From Camelus ferus (Eukaryota): a DNA stretch of 64,000 bases. The position numbers and the translations under genes are program-made. Shown piece by piece: positions 24,547 through 40,655 of this stretch. The DNA lies in contig NC_045713.1 in NCBI RefSeq assembly GCF_009834535.1, positions 21,762,001-21,826,000 of the forward strand. The letters are read 5' to 3'. The notes below the pieces were generated by a model. That model was not told where the DNA came from, ran no database searches, and worked only from the letters and a program-made list of their open reading frames with translations. Position 1 is the stretch's first letter; the number at the start of each line of letters is the position of its first letter.

Positions 24547-26843
24547 TCACTTCTGTTGGGGCGTGCTCAGAAGCCCCCACTGCAGTGCGAGGAGTGCCCG
24601 GGCCTGTGGCTGCAGCGGCTCAGCTGCCCTCTCAAAGCTCGCGCGCTCCCTGCAGAGCACTTCCAGGACCTCGGCTGGGGCCACCTTCCCTGTGAACTTG
24701 CGCACAGGCTCCTCTCTGCAGGGAGAGGGGCACCATGGGGGCTTCCGGGGAACTGCTAGGCAGAGGGCACTTAAAGAGCAGCCTCTCCCTGGTGCCAGAC
24801 AGCCAAATAACCGATCCCCCAGCACCTCCCTCAGTGTCCCACTGACTGCCAGGGAGGCCCAGAGGACAACAGTCCAGCCCTGTGCCAGCCTGTTCTGCAG
24901 CACGGCCCCTGGAGAGGGCAGAGGTCCTCCCGAGACACGCAGGCATAGGCCTTGCCACGTGCTCCCCAGCTTGCCCCACAGGAAGGCCCGGGATGCTGGC
25001 CAGTACTCACGCCACCCTCAGGAAGGGGTTATATAGAAGTTCCTCGCCCAGGGTCGACGGCACCGTGGGCACGTCGTCATCATCCCTCTTCTGGAATGAC
25101 CACAGGCCCTTGTCACAGCCTTATCTGGCAGCTCCAGGCAGCTTGACCCAGCTCACCCCCAGCCTCGGGGCTGGAGGCTAGACCCTGAGGGCAGGCACTC
25201 GTGGGCCAGTCCTAGAGGCTGCCCAGTTCCCTACCCAAGGCCACCAACCCCTCCCTTCACCAGTGGGAGCTTTGGCTGGCAGCATGCCCATGGCTGACTC
25301 CCCCAGCAATGCCCTTCCTGGACCCACCCGCTCCTGCCCAACCCTCCAGCCTTGCCATCAAGAGGGGAGGAGTCCCCACACCTTGGCCCAGGACAGCTTG
25401 GCCCTCACATGATCGTTGCAGGGCTCCACTTTCTGTGCAAACTCGAGATTGCCCAGCGTGTGCTCATGACCACAGAACACCTTCTGGAGAAAGGAGGCAC
25501 TTGAGGTGCACAGCGCCACCGCAGGCAGAGGTGAGCAGAGGCACTCACCCCTCTGTCTGGCCCCTCCACACACCCCTGTACCCCTCCCCACACACGTGGC
25601 CCGCCCACTCCTTCAACTGGCCAGCAGTCATTCCGAACCCCAGCACAAGGCAGGTGCAGAGTACCCAAGTTATGTGAGAGGCTGGGCCCCGTGAGGGTAA
25701 GGGACAGGCTGCTCACTGTCTCAGGCGGCAGGGTGCCCAGGGTCTCCACCAAGCTCTGGTACATCTGGTGAGCTGTGCTTTCCAGGCGTGAGCCACAGCC
25801 GGCCACAGACAGTGCATCCCCTGGAGAGCTGGCCAGGTCAGAGAAGGTGGAAGGGGACAAGGAGGGGGGGCAGAGGGGCGCAGGGCAGCGCGAACCTGAG
25901 AAAACGGCAGGTGGGTCCAGACACTCGTCTTCCCAAAGGAAGTAGCTCATGTGGCCAGAGGTGTGGCCTGGGGTTAGGAGGCAGCGCACGTGGATGGCTC
26001 CAAACTACAGCAGAGAGGCAGGCAGGCCTGTGAGGCAGTTGAGCCCAGGGTGTTCCCCGCGCCTCCCAGGTGCCCACTTACCTGCAGCTCCTCGCCATGC
26101 ACCAGCCTGCGGGTCAGTGCGCAGATGCGCTCATCCGCGCCCAGCACCACCAGCCCAGGCTGCAGTCTCACCAGCTCCGCGTTGCCACGAGCGTGGTCCC
26201 TGCAGATGGGTAGAAGTATAATCACATGTGGTTGGGGTAGGATTGGGGTGACACCCTCGTGCCTCAGCCCGCCCAGACGGTGCTCACCAGTGGTGGTGGG
26301 TGGTCAGCACGGTGGTCAGTGATACCCCCTCCCGGCCTACGATCTCCAGCAGCTGAAAGGGACAGGAGTTAAGGAGATGCGGATGGTCCAGGTGGCTGCC
26401 TGTGTTTGGGAGCCAGGATTGGCTGCACAGTGCCCCAAGCAGGCCAGGATGGGGTTGTGGGTAGGGGCGATTCAGCAGTTAATTACTGAGCACCCGGTGT
26501 ATATGGCACAGGCACCAAACGAAGGGAAAAGAGGAGGCCAGAGAAGGCTCTAACCTCACAGGAGACCCAGGATAATCAGAAAAATCCTAAACACCAAATA
26601 ACCTGAGATCAAAGAATAGCGGAAGAGTCAGCTCCCAGCAGTGTGGTCGGGGGAGCTGCTTCAAGCACAGACTGGCGGTTACGACCTACGATTCCTAGGC
26701 TCAGAGTGGTGCTCCTGCCGCCCGAAGCCTGCCCTCACCCTTTTGGGCACGGACACGTCCACGGCCACAGCCTCCCGCGTGTGCTCCTCAATGACCAGGT
26801 ACATGTAGTTGTCCTCAAGCACAGGGATGACTTTGACCTTCAT
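24547..26843 (-). CDS. HAGHL: Hydroxyacylglutathione hydrolase-like (glyoxalase II / metallo-beta-lactamase fold), 283 aa
   Basis: Exons 26843-26739, 26352-26288, 26199-26082, 26004-25896, 25820-25717, 25483-25382, 25090-25011 and 24715-24547 total 852 nt. N-terminus [15 protein letters not shown]. The THHHWDH metal motif, TPGHT and FCGHEHT are intact. Confidence 0.97.
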
Positions 26844-26899
26844 GGTCGCAGAGCTCAGCTACCTCGCGCCTCCTGAGCCTCTTCCTCAGAATGGGGCTA

Positions 26900-28164
26900 C
26901 GCTCTCCAGACCCTAGGGAGGGCTGTGCCCGGGAAGAGTCAGCTCCACATACACGCTGGGGGCTAAAAAACGTAGCCCTGTTCCCTACTCTCGGACTTCC
27001 GGGAAGAGTGGTGTGGAAGTCCATGCTCCAGCCTTAAATTGACCTGCCGCTCCCAATCCCTCCTCAAGGTCCCGCCCACTTCAGGGCCCGAGCCACGCCC
27101 TCTCCCCGCGCCTGTCCCCAGCCAGGCCGCTGCCCCAGTAGGACCCGCCTGCTTCCCAGGCCCCGCCCCCTCCCAAGGCGTCCTCCCGCCGCAGCGCGAC
27201 CCTGGACCAGCTCCTCTCTCGCTCCGCCCCCAATGCCCCGATCCCTTCAGGCCCCATCTCTCCCAGGGCCCCTCCCGCGGCAGTGCGACCCCGGTCCCGG
27301 CCCGCCTCCTTCCCTGGCCGCCCACTCACCCCCACCGGCTACGCCAGCCGGTCGCGCGGACTGTCTGAAGGACAGCCTGACATAGGCGGGCCTTGGACGC
27401 CGGTCACGGGACCTGGACGGAGTGCTCGGCTCTGCCCGGCCAGCCCCAACGGCCTGCGCCCCCGAGGCGCCCTCCTGCGGGGCCGGCCTGGAGCCCGCGC
27501 GCGTCGGGAACCCGAGCGCGGTTCAGGGAACGCGCGTGCGCGAGAGGGAGTGCACGCGTGCCCGAAGGGACTGCGCGCACGTCCGGCGCTATGGCGCCTC
27601 CTCCGCGAAGCCCTTCTGGCAACCGACTGAACCCGTTCTATCGAATCACCAGGCCCCAGGTTGGGACGTCTGCGCCTATTTCCGTCAGGCTAGGGGTGCA
27701 GGGGTATGTCCACTTTGCTCGCCTGCCTGTCCCAGCGCTCAGCCAGCACCGGAAGGGGCCTAGTTAGTGTACGAACCTACATGGTAGGGCAAGGCGCCCT
27801 GCTTGAGAACATTAACAGCAGCGACAGCTCCATTCCAGTGTGCGCTGTTCCACAACTCCCCATGCTGGGCGATGCTATGCGCTCTTGGCTCTGTGTGCTC
27901 CCCGGATGAAGACAGGGGTGCCGGTCTGCGTTTCCTCGTTGAGGAAAAGGAAGCCAGAAAGAAAGGGTGGCCAAATATGGAAGAAGCTGACAGTTTGCAT
28001 CCACCTCTTCAACCACTGAACTGTCCTGCCTGCCCTGGTGGGCGGGGCCCCGGTAGTCTCCTGGGAACAACAGAGGCCTTGGCAACACAAGCCACCGTGT
28101 TGCAGCAACAGGCCAGTAGGCGAAGTGGCAGTAGGCTTGGGGCTGGTGGTTGTCCCTTTTGCCT

Positions 28165-28165
<1 letters not shown>
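26900..28165. promoter_or_regulatory. Divergent HAGHL/CCDC78 CpG-island promoter region; RFX X-box-like sites before CCDC78
   Basis: CpG-dense from about 27050 to 27720. GTCTCCTGGGAAC (28056-28068), GCCTTGGCAAC (~28076-28086) and GTTGCAGCAAC (28099-28109) lie 55-110 nt upstream of the CCDC78 ATG. Confidence 0.65.
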
Positions 28166-31883
<3,718 letters not shown>

Positions 31884-31993
31884 CTGTTCATCAGATAAAC
31901 TTCGAGAATTCTCCATGGCCAGCATGAAGCCGTCCCCACAGCCCCGCCCTGGGAGATCACTCCACCCAAAAAGAATCAGAGTGGAACCGAGTC

Positions 31994-31999
31994 TTTATT
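31994..31999 (-). terminator. Probable ANTKMT polyadenylation signal
   Basis: AATAAA on the minus strand, 8 nt after the stop codon. Confidence 0.75.
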
Positions 32000-32007
32000 G
32001 TGTCCAG

Positions 32008-33325
32008 TCAGCCAGACTGAGAACTGGGGGACCCAGGTACTGAAGCAGAAGTGGGTGCTGGGGCAACTTGCCCAGCTGGCCCACCCCTATGGACATCATA
32101 GGCCCAGACACGGTCCAGGCCTTCACCCACCACAGCCACCGGCTGCCAGGTGGGGAGGGGGAAGCGCCCTGACACCACACGGGCTCCTGCAGGCAGCTCT
32201 GCCTGCAGCTTGTCCTCCAGCAGTGGGAGCTGTGGGAGAGAGCAGGAGGGCGGGGTGGGCCAGGTGGAACACAGCTGCCCCTAGCCGGCACCTACACTGG
32301 GGATGGCCTATGTCTCCATGGGGCTGGCACACCCCAGACCTACCACGCTAGGAGCCAGGAACACAGACACGTTGTGGCAGTCTCTCAGGCTCACCTGTAG
32401 GAAGAGGAGGTCACCCCAGCAGGGAATGGGGCCCCACCAGGGGAAGAGAACTGGTGGGTATGGGGTCACTGCAACTTCCAAGTCCCAGCTCCAGCCTGCT
32501 CAGGCAGAAGCACCTGGGGCTGTCAGCAGGGCAGCCAAGCCAGAACTGAAAGAATGGAGATCAGGGCTGGGGTCTGAGGGGATCTAGGACTCCCCGGGTT
32601 ACCTTCCAGAGATTTTCACGGCGGTAGCAGACACTGCCTGCACAGCCTGCCCTCCAGGCATGCAGCCATGCCAGCCCCACCAGCCACGGGTTCAGCTCGT
32701 AGCCCACAGCTGGGCGGAGACCACACTTGTGGGCAGCCAGCACCTGAGGGCACAGATAGCGTCAGGCCAAGAGATGGGGAGGTATACCCATGGGAGGGGG
32801 CAGCAAGGACCGCCACCTAACACACAAAGTCCTTACAATTCTGCCATCACCAGAACCCAGGTCCACCATCTTTCCAGGACGGCCTCGCAGCAGCGACAAC
32901 ACGTGCTCCACCTGCCGGGCACTCGCACCGACATAGGGCACCTGGGCAAGGAGGCGAGCAAGACAGAGGGAGAAGTGAGGCGCCGCCTCCTAGGCTTCCT
33001 TTCTTAGAGCGCGCTGTCCGGCCCAACCCACAGCCCGGCTGGCCCTTGGGCAGCAGCACCCTCCTCTCACACCCAGGCTCAGTATCTCAATCCAGACCAC
33101 CCCCATCCCCGGTCCGTCACGCCCCTATGTCCCCAACACACCGGCCCGGGCTCAGCACCGCACCTGCAGCCGTAGCGGCACGCGGCGGAAGCCCGGCTGC
33201 AGCAGCAGCGCCCACACGGCGTAGGCGGCCAGGCCTGAGCCCGCCGCCACCTGCAGCAGGGCCAACGCGCCCAGCGGCCGCTCGCGTAGCTCCGTCAGCT
33301 CTTCAGCCGGGTCATCCTGCTCCAT
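32008..33325 (-). CDS. ANTKMT: Adenine nucleotide translocase lysine N-methyltransferase (FAM173A), 226 aa
   Basis: Exons 33325-33164, 32941-32837, 32743-32603, 32394-32344 and 32229-32008 total 681 nt. N-terminus [22 protein letters not shown] motif [11 protein letters not shown] and GYELNPWL are present. Confidence 0.97.
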
Positions 33326-34050
33326 GGCTGCGGGACAGCGGCTCAGGGTCGTCACGCCCCAAGGCCCCTCCCCACCTCAGGTCCGAGACCCTCACGCCCC
33401 GGCCGGGAGCTGGAGGGGAAAGCCCTTTTCATAGCCCGAAGCCTTTCCTCCCCGCCCTGCGCCTACTGGGCCCCCTGCGCCGTCGCCGGAAGAGGCGGGG
33501 CAGAGGCCGTGGCGAGACGCCGGAAGCGGCTGGTAGAGGCTGCGCTGCAGGTCCGTTCACCTTACTCTCCGCGCGGGTCCAGGGACCCTCCAGCGGGTTC
33601 CCGGCCTTGGAGCCTTGGGGTCCAGGGCGACCCTTGCGGGTTCTGGCCGTACTGCTTCCTGGCCGAAGCCCTCGGCAGTCAGCAGCGTTGGCCCACTCCT
33701 CAAACGGCTGCTATGGGCCTGTCCCGGGCGCTGCGGACCCCTGAGGCCGCACATCCCAGCGCGGGGATACGTTTAAGAGAAGCGATGCTGTGGCGCCTGC
33801 TGACTGGCCGTGAAGGCCAGTGCAGTGTGGCTGGAGCCCTGGGGCAGCGGTCAGCCAGTGGGGAACGGCTCACCGGCTTAGAGTGGCGTCTCCGCCGACC
33901 TACACATCCAGATAACCCGCCAAGCACAGGAGCAGTCGCGGGGAGGACATCGGGGCCCCTCCCACAGCTGAAGGCAACTAGCCCGAGTGCGCAGGAAACA
34001 GGATGCGCTGGGGTCCGCGGGGGCGGTGGAAGTTGGAGCTCGGCTGAGGG
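33050..34050 (-). promoter_or_regulatory. ANTKMT CpG-island promoter
   Basis: CpG-dense, with two CCGGAAG ETS motifs near 33486 and 33520. Confidence 0.7.
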
Positions 34051-36983
34051 GCAGGGCCGAGGGGGCTTACAAGGAGAAATTTAGCACAACCGAGCGGACA
34101 GATGTTGGCTCTCTGCGAGCATAGTGGGAGGGGAGCCGGATGTGAGGGGCGGGGCCCTCTGGTAGCTGACCCAGCCCGGCGGCTGGGAGGAAGAGACCAC
34201 CTTCCTTCTCCAGAAAAGGTCACTCACAGAAAAGATTTGAGTTCCTGGAGGTGACCTGGCAGAGCCTGGGAAAGGGAGAGGCAAGTGCGGGGACAGAGCC
34301 AGGACCTCCTCCTCACCAGACTCTGAAGACAAACATCCAAGAGTGACAGAGGCTTGCCTGCACACAGGCCCTGGCCGGACTTCTCCGCCATTCCCCACAC
34401 TGGTCAGGAGCCCCAACGTTGACAGAGGTGCTTCAGACAATGTGGGCACGCCAGAGCCCACTGCCCCCACGCTTCAAGTACAGGCCGCCTCACTCGCCTA
34501 CCTGCCCTTGGCCCCAGCTACCACCAGCCCTGAAGGACAGGTGCCCCTGTTGCAGGAAACCCAGGTGCCCTGCTCCCAAGATCCGAGCACTGGAGAGGAG
34601 GGCGGCTGACCCACCGCACAGAGATCAGAACATCCTGTCTCCTTCCTGGCTATCACTGGGCCCTCCCTAGAAAGGAAGGACATGCACTGGGCTCTAGGCT
34701 GGTGGAGTGCTTACACAGCCATCTCACCCTTGTCTCTTTTCTTCCTTGCATTATTCCTGGTGTCTATACAAACCCCTGGCACCTGGCAGACAGTCAATAA
34801 AAGCTGGTTGACTGGATGAAGACACCTAGCCAGACTTCCCAGTGTGTATACCCACAGGTACCTCACCTGCATGTCCGCTCCTCTCCTTTGGGCACTGGGC
34901 ACTCAAGTGCACCTGTGTGAGTGCACACACCAAGAGAAGCCATGCAGGTGCCCCACAGGCACCTGTTCCCATAGTCTCGGCCTGCATGCCCACATTTTCA
35001 CCTTGGCCACTCCCCAGCGCTGGCATGAAGCCCTCACCCAAGCCTTCCAGGTTCCTCCTAGGAACACCCTTGGGCTCCCTTGGGCTCCCTTGGCCCTGCT
35101 GGCAGCACCCACTTCGGCTTCCTGCTCCTTACGAGAAAAGCCAGTACTTTTCTCTGGAGGAAGGTGTGTGAGTAGGAGGCACTTCCTGGGGCAGGTGGGT
35201 AGAGGCCAGTGTCCAGCCTAGGGCCCACCCCAGAGCAGCTACTCCACGTTTTTGTGGACAGATGGTCCCACAGGCGAGCCACAGCAACCACCAAGTGTGG
35301 CCATAGGCCTCTGTCCAAACCAGAGGCTGTGGGAAGCTGGCCAGACAATCAGGGCAAGAGTCAAGGGTGAGGTGCAAAAGCCTCCCAAGACAGAGAGGAG
35401 GAGGGGGATGGGAGAGTACACCCACCTCCTCCCCCTCTGGCCTTTACTGAGATACTCCCTGGTGGGGGGAGAGGGAAGAACAGGGATACAAAGGTCTGCT
35501 GTCCAGGAGAGAAGTCCAGGCTGGAGATCCACATGTGGGGTCATCAGCATATTGATGGTATTTACAGCCAGGAGGCTGGTACAGCTCTCCAAGGAGGGAA
35601 TGTGGGAATGTCAACAGAAAGGTCTAGTGCTTGAGCCCTGAGAAAGCCATGGATGGGAGTTTGGGGAGGTGAGAGGGCACAGCAAGAAGCCTCAGGAGTG
35701 GTGGGAGGTGGGAGGAAACCAGGGCAGCCTGCTGTCCAGGGTGGCTATGCTCCCACCCACAATTCTCACCAGTCCTCACAGCAAGCAGCTAGTCCAAGTG
35801 AAAGGCCATGCCCCATGAATGCAGCTTCAGATAGCCAGCCCCACGGAAACTCCAGACAGCCACTGGAGTAACACTGAGTGTCCTCACAGGGTGTGGCAAC
35901 ACGAAGTACCTACATCAGCCAAATCTGGCAGAAGCAGCTCTGCCTGGGGGCTGTGCACAGCCATGTTCCTCTCCCAGCCTCAGTTCCTGCCTGAAAGATG
36001 ACAGACACTTCCCCAGTGAAGGCCACCAGGTAGAGATGGAAAGTGGTTTCTGGGGCACTTCACAAGTGCCCCCCAAGACTTGAGCTGTGGCCCTCCTTCC
36101 CAGGAGCTGTGGGACTGGGACAGCAGAGTCCACTCATTTCGGGTTCAGTAGTCCCACGTGCGCCCACATCCTGGGGCCTTTCAGCCTCAGAGCTGTTGGC
36201 TTTGTCCAGAACAGGCTGGCCCTTTATGTGGCTGAGGCTGAGGAGAAAGGCGGAGGTAGCAACAATGGGACCAGTGGCGGGAAACGGTCCTTAGAGAACC
36301 CATTGTGTGCCCCACCCGCCGGAAATGGGCAACAAACAGGGCCCCGCAGGGGAGACCCTACCGCCGTCGGGATGCTCAGCATGTATCAAGGGCCTCAGGA
36401 CAGAGGGGTCCATTCTTCCTTGAGGGCAGGATGGGGCCAGGATGACTCTGCCAGGCTTGCAGAGGATTATGCAGGGAAGTCGGCTGCCCGTCAGTTTGCA
36501 ACCCCTTCCCTTGCAGGTTGAGAGTGGTGTCGCCTGCCTGCCCCTACAAGGGACCCCAGCCGCCTCAGACCTGGGGAATTATGGCCACTTCTCCACTCCT
36601 GCTCTGAGCCACGGAAGCACTGGCATTGGGGGCAGGAGCAGCAGAGCCGAGGTTCACATGAGTCACACCTCCCACCCAGCAGAAGCCCCTCGCCGGGTTG
36701 GGGAATAGGTGGCCTCAGACACAGCACCACTGCCCTCAAGCCTCAGTCTCTGGCTCTGTGGAGCAGGAATCGCGCAGTCCCCAGGGCTATGGGAGAATAA
36801 AATGCAGTGAGGCAGGCCCGGGGCTGGGCTCAGGCACCAGCACTCAATATCCATTGGTGAATGTAGTCAGTGTTCTTATTGGTTATTGCTGTTACAGCAG
36901 AAGCAGTGGGTACCGTGATGCCATCTGGAGGCATCCCCCCACCCTCCTCCCAGCCCCTTCCCAGCATCCTGTTCCCAGGCGCC

Positions 36984-39167
36984 TCAGTCCAGCACCACCT
37001 CACAAGGGTGGAGGTGGTTGGTGTGGGCAGCTGCATAGACACGGCTGAATTCCCGGAAGCGGGGGGCGCAGCCCAGCCAGGCCTCACCAAAGTGGCTCCA
37101 GCCCATGAAGAGGAAGATGCCAGGGCCGGGGCGGACACCACAGCGCAGTGGGGTGCGAATGGAGGCCTGCACCTGGGCCCCAGGGCCCCCTATCCGGAAC
37201 AGCGGCAGCGTCTGGCGGAGGACACGGACAGCCGCCACGGTGATAATGGACTCCTGCAGCTCTGTGTCGTGGGTTACCCCATGGATGGTTCCGAGGATCA
37301 CTGTGGGGACACATGTTGGCCAGTGGCATGCAGGGGAAGGTAGGCCCCAGGGTCTCCCCACAGCAGGGACACTCACCAAAGTCACTGGTGCATGCAGCCA
37401 GAAGGAACTCAGCATCACTGCAGGGTCTGCAGGCACCTGGCATGCAGGGGAGATCTTGAGTGGAGGCCCTGCCTTCTCCTGGACCACCAAAGGCCTCCCC
37501 CAGCTGGACACAGGAGGGAGAGGGCAAGCTACCAGACCCCTCTCAGGGCCTGATGGCAACTGGAGATCCCAGAGAGCATGTGTGCACACCCTGAAGACAC
37601 CCAGTACCCAAGGTGACACCACAGGCCTGTGCCTGCCTGAAACATGCACACACAGACATGGGCCTGGGTGCTGTGCCCAGCATGCCAGCACAAAGACCCC
37701 CTGACCTGGAGCTCAAGTGTCTGGGTGCAAGCATCTCACATATAGGCACCAGCAGGCGATAACCCCTTAGTCTCCCAGGGCTGCCTCCTGGGGCCCAAGG
37801 ACACCAGCCCAGCCCATGTGGCAGGAGGTTATGGTGGGCTCTGAGGTCAGGGGGTCTTTGTGAGAGAGAGACCCCCATCCCCTGTGAGGTCAGGCTGCAA
37901 GCTCCAGGAGAGCAAAGAGCTGGACCTGGTGCCCTGCCAGGAGGTGGGGCTTCATCTCCATGGTGACTGGGCTCACACTGGACTTCTGTTGTTTTGGGCT
38001 GGGGGAGGGGAGGGAGGTCACCGCTGGGCCAGGGAGCCCGGGACATCTTTGGCCGGAGGCTTTGATTCTGTCCCCCATCATCCCCTCCCCTGAACTCCTC
38101 AGGGACCAGGGGCCTGGGTAGCCCTGCCTGGCTTCCCCTTCCAGGATTCTGCCCCCTACCAGCTCTCTCCCTAAGCGGCAGGCTGAGGGATCACCCCTTC
38201 CTCATTTCCTCCCTCCCACCTGTCCTGGCACTGCTTCTCACTAGCTGAGTGCCTTTGATAGGCTGCTTCACTCTGGGGTCTCAGTTTCTCCCTCTGTGCA
38301 ATGGGGAAGACGGACACGTTCTCACCCCACCCGGCCATGGTGCGACTCCAAGACTCCCACCGGTCTCCAACTCGGACTGGCACTCACCATCTGCACCAAG
38401 TCCCTGGGCCTGCGGAGGCAGTTCTGGACGCCCGTCTTCCCGCAGTTCGAAGCGGAAGGAAGCCACGCGGCGGCTGATATCGGGATGTGGAGTGGCCTGC
38501 AGGAAGAGGGCCCGGTGCTCGCGAGGACCCCAGCGCACGCATCGGCCCCTGGCCGGGCCTCGGCCCTCGGCCAGGAGCAGCTCCAGAGTGCCTCCCTCCC
38601 TCTCCGCGAAGACTTGGGCTCCTGCGAAGGGCCGCGCCGGCCGCAGGCAGGCGATGCTCGGCCGCCCGCCGGGGTCGGAGCCGCCTAGGGTGAGGCGCAG
38701 CGCCCCGGCGGGGTACAGCCACTCGATCCCGCCCTCCGCACAGGCCAGGGCCAGCTGTCCCACGCTGCCGGGCTCCTGGGTGAGGCCGCTGCGGACAGGA
38801 CGGGCGGTGGTGAGGAGGGCGGTTGGCGTCCCCACCCGGCCAGCCTGCTCCCCGTGCACCCTCTCACTGCAGCTACCAACAGCTGCGTCCACTTTGTGGA
38901 AGAGGAAACTGAGGCCCAGCGTTCCGGGACTCAGAGGGAGAGAGCAAGGATTCGGTGCGGTGCTGGGTCGGAATGTTCCATCCAAAACAGCGGATGACAC
39001 GGCTCCTTCCTAATGGGTGCGCACAGCCCCAGAGGGTTAGTCCGCGAGGGCTTCCAGTGAGGCTCGTACCTGCCCCTCCAGCTGCAGCGGTCCTCCGAGT
39101 AGCCGGCGCGGGCGGCCACGGCCAAGAGGCCGCAGCAAAGCGCGCAGAGCAGCGCAGGGGGAGGCAT
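36984..39167 (-). CDS. METRN: Meteorin, secreted glial cell differentiation regulator, 291 aa
   Basis: Exons 39167-39070, 38788-38388, 37436-37377 and 37300-36984 total 876 nt. Signal peptide followed by GYSEDRCSWRGSGLTQEPGSVGQLALACAEG, then CRPCSDAE and HLHPCEV. Confidence 0.97.
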
Positions 39168-39420
39168 GGCGCGCGAGGACGCGCGGGGGCGCGGTGGGGA
39201 GCAGCTGGGGCGCGGGGCCCGGCCCCGCACAGGCCCCACCGCCTGCGCCGGCCGGCCGCGCACCCCGCGAGGCGCCTGGGAGCTTCCAGGGAGCGGGGGA
39301 CAGGCCAGGCGGCCAATCGCGCAGCGGCCCCCGAACTTTCCGCCAATCACAGCGGCGCTCTCAGGAGCGGGAGGACCAGCCTGCAGTCCAGGAAGCACCC
39401 GGGAGGGGGCTCCGCGGCTG
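38400..39420 (-). promoter_or_regulatory. METRN CpG island/promoter
   Basis: CpG-dense over exons 1-2. CCAAT motifs at ~39312 and ~39343. Confidence 0.7.
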
Positions 39421-40334
39421 GACATGCTCCGTGTTGCCTCCTCGAAGTCCCCTCACCTCCAGCCTCGACTTGTATGCCATCTTGGGTCCTGGTTGGGCCA
39501 CCGTCCTTCAAGCCCTTGGCCGGGGTGGGGGTGGTGCCCACGGAACCTCTAGAGGAGGGGGATTCATCTCCGGTGTCTTTTCCCAAGAGTAGGACCTGGG
39601 CTGCCATCCCCCATCTCGCCCCAGTCTAATCCTGGTGACTCGCCACACGCGGCGGGCAGGGGGTGGGGGTGACTGAAACCAGGGATGAGGGGCCAGGGCG
39701 CTGGGGCTGCAGGCACTGTGGAAAAGCAGGAGTAAGGACAGCCCTGAGCCCCAGAATTAGGCCCCCAATAGATCGAGACAAGCTGAAATGGGGCCTACTC
39801 TCATAAAGGATTCCCCCCACACCTAGGGTCATTGTGGAGGCCAGGGAGGTGGGGAGTGGCTGGCCAGGTGGAGACTGGAGGGAATTCCAGGCAGAGGGGA
39901 GGAGCAGATAGACAGCTGTGGCAAAGGTGTGAACCCAGTAGATGGGCTCCCAACAGCCTGTGACACCCTGGGGTCAGATTATAGAGGCCTTAGGCACAAA
40001 CGCAAGACTCCAACCGGGTACTGGAACCCTTGGGAGTCAGTGAGAGCTTTGGCTGGCATCTGCAGGGACCAGCATAAGACTCTCTGCTGTCTGTGGGTGT
40101 GAAGTCTTTTACCCCACTATCTCCCCAACCCCAGCCTTCCTGCTACCAAGGACCAGAAGTGCATGCAGACAGATGAGGGCAAATGGCACTAAGGGGAAGT
40201 AGGGCATCGGAGGCACTGCCAAACTGAGTGTACCACATCCCCCTCCCCTGGCCCCAGGGCCCTTCCAGGTCAAAGAGGGGCAAGGCACCTGCAGGGCTCA
40301 GCTGGCTCCTGGCCCTGGGCAACATGGGGTGAGA

Positions 40335-40655
40335 ACCCCTAAAGGAGGACACAACCCAAGTGTCCATTGATGGATGATAGTAAACAAAATGGGGTCCATC
40401 CATACAGTAGAATATAATTCAGCCTTAAAAGGGAAATTCTGACACGTTACCATATGGAAGAACCTAGAAGACATTGGTTTCAGTGAAATAAGCCAGTCAC
40501 AAAAGGACCTAAAATAGCCAAATTCATAGGGAAAAAGTAGAATGGAGGGTGCCAGGGGCAGGGGAATGTGAATGGAGTCAACGCTCCTGTGTACTTAAAA
40601 ATGGTTAAGATGGTAAGTCTTATGTATATATTCCCCAATTAAAAATAAAAAGGGG
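40335..40655 (+). mobile_element. LINE-1 3' fragment (L1M-type)
   Basis: ACAACCCAAGTGTCCATTGATGGATG..CATACAGTAGAATATAATTCAGCCTTAAAAGGGAAATTCTGACAC..GTACTTAAAAATGGTTAAGATGGTAA. Confidence 0.85.
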
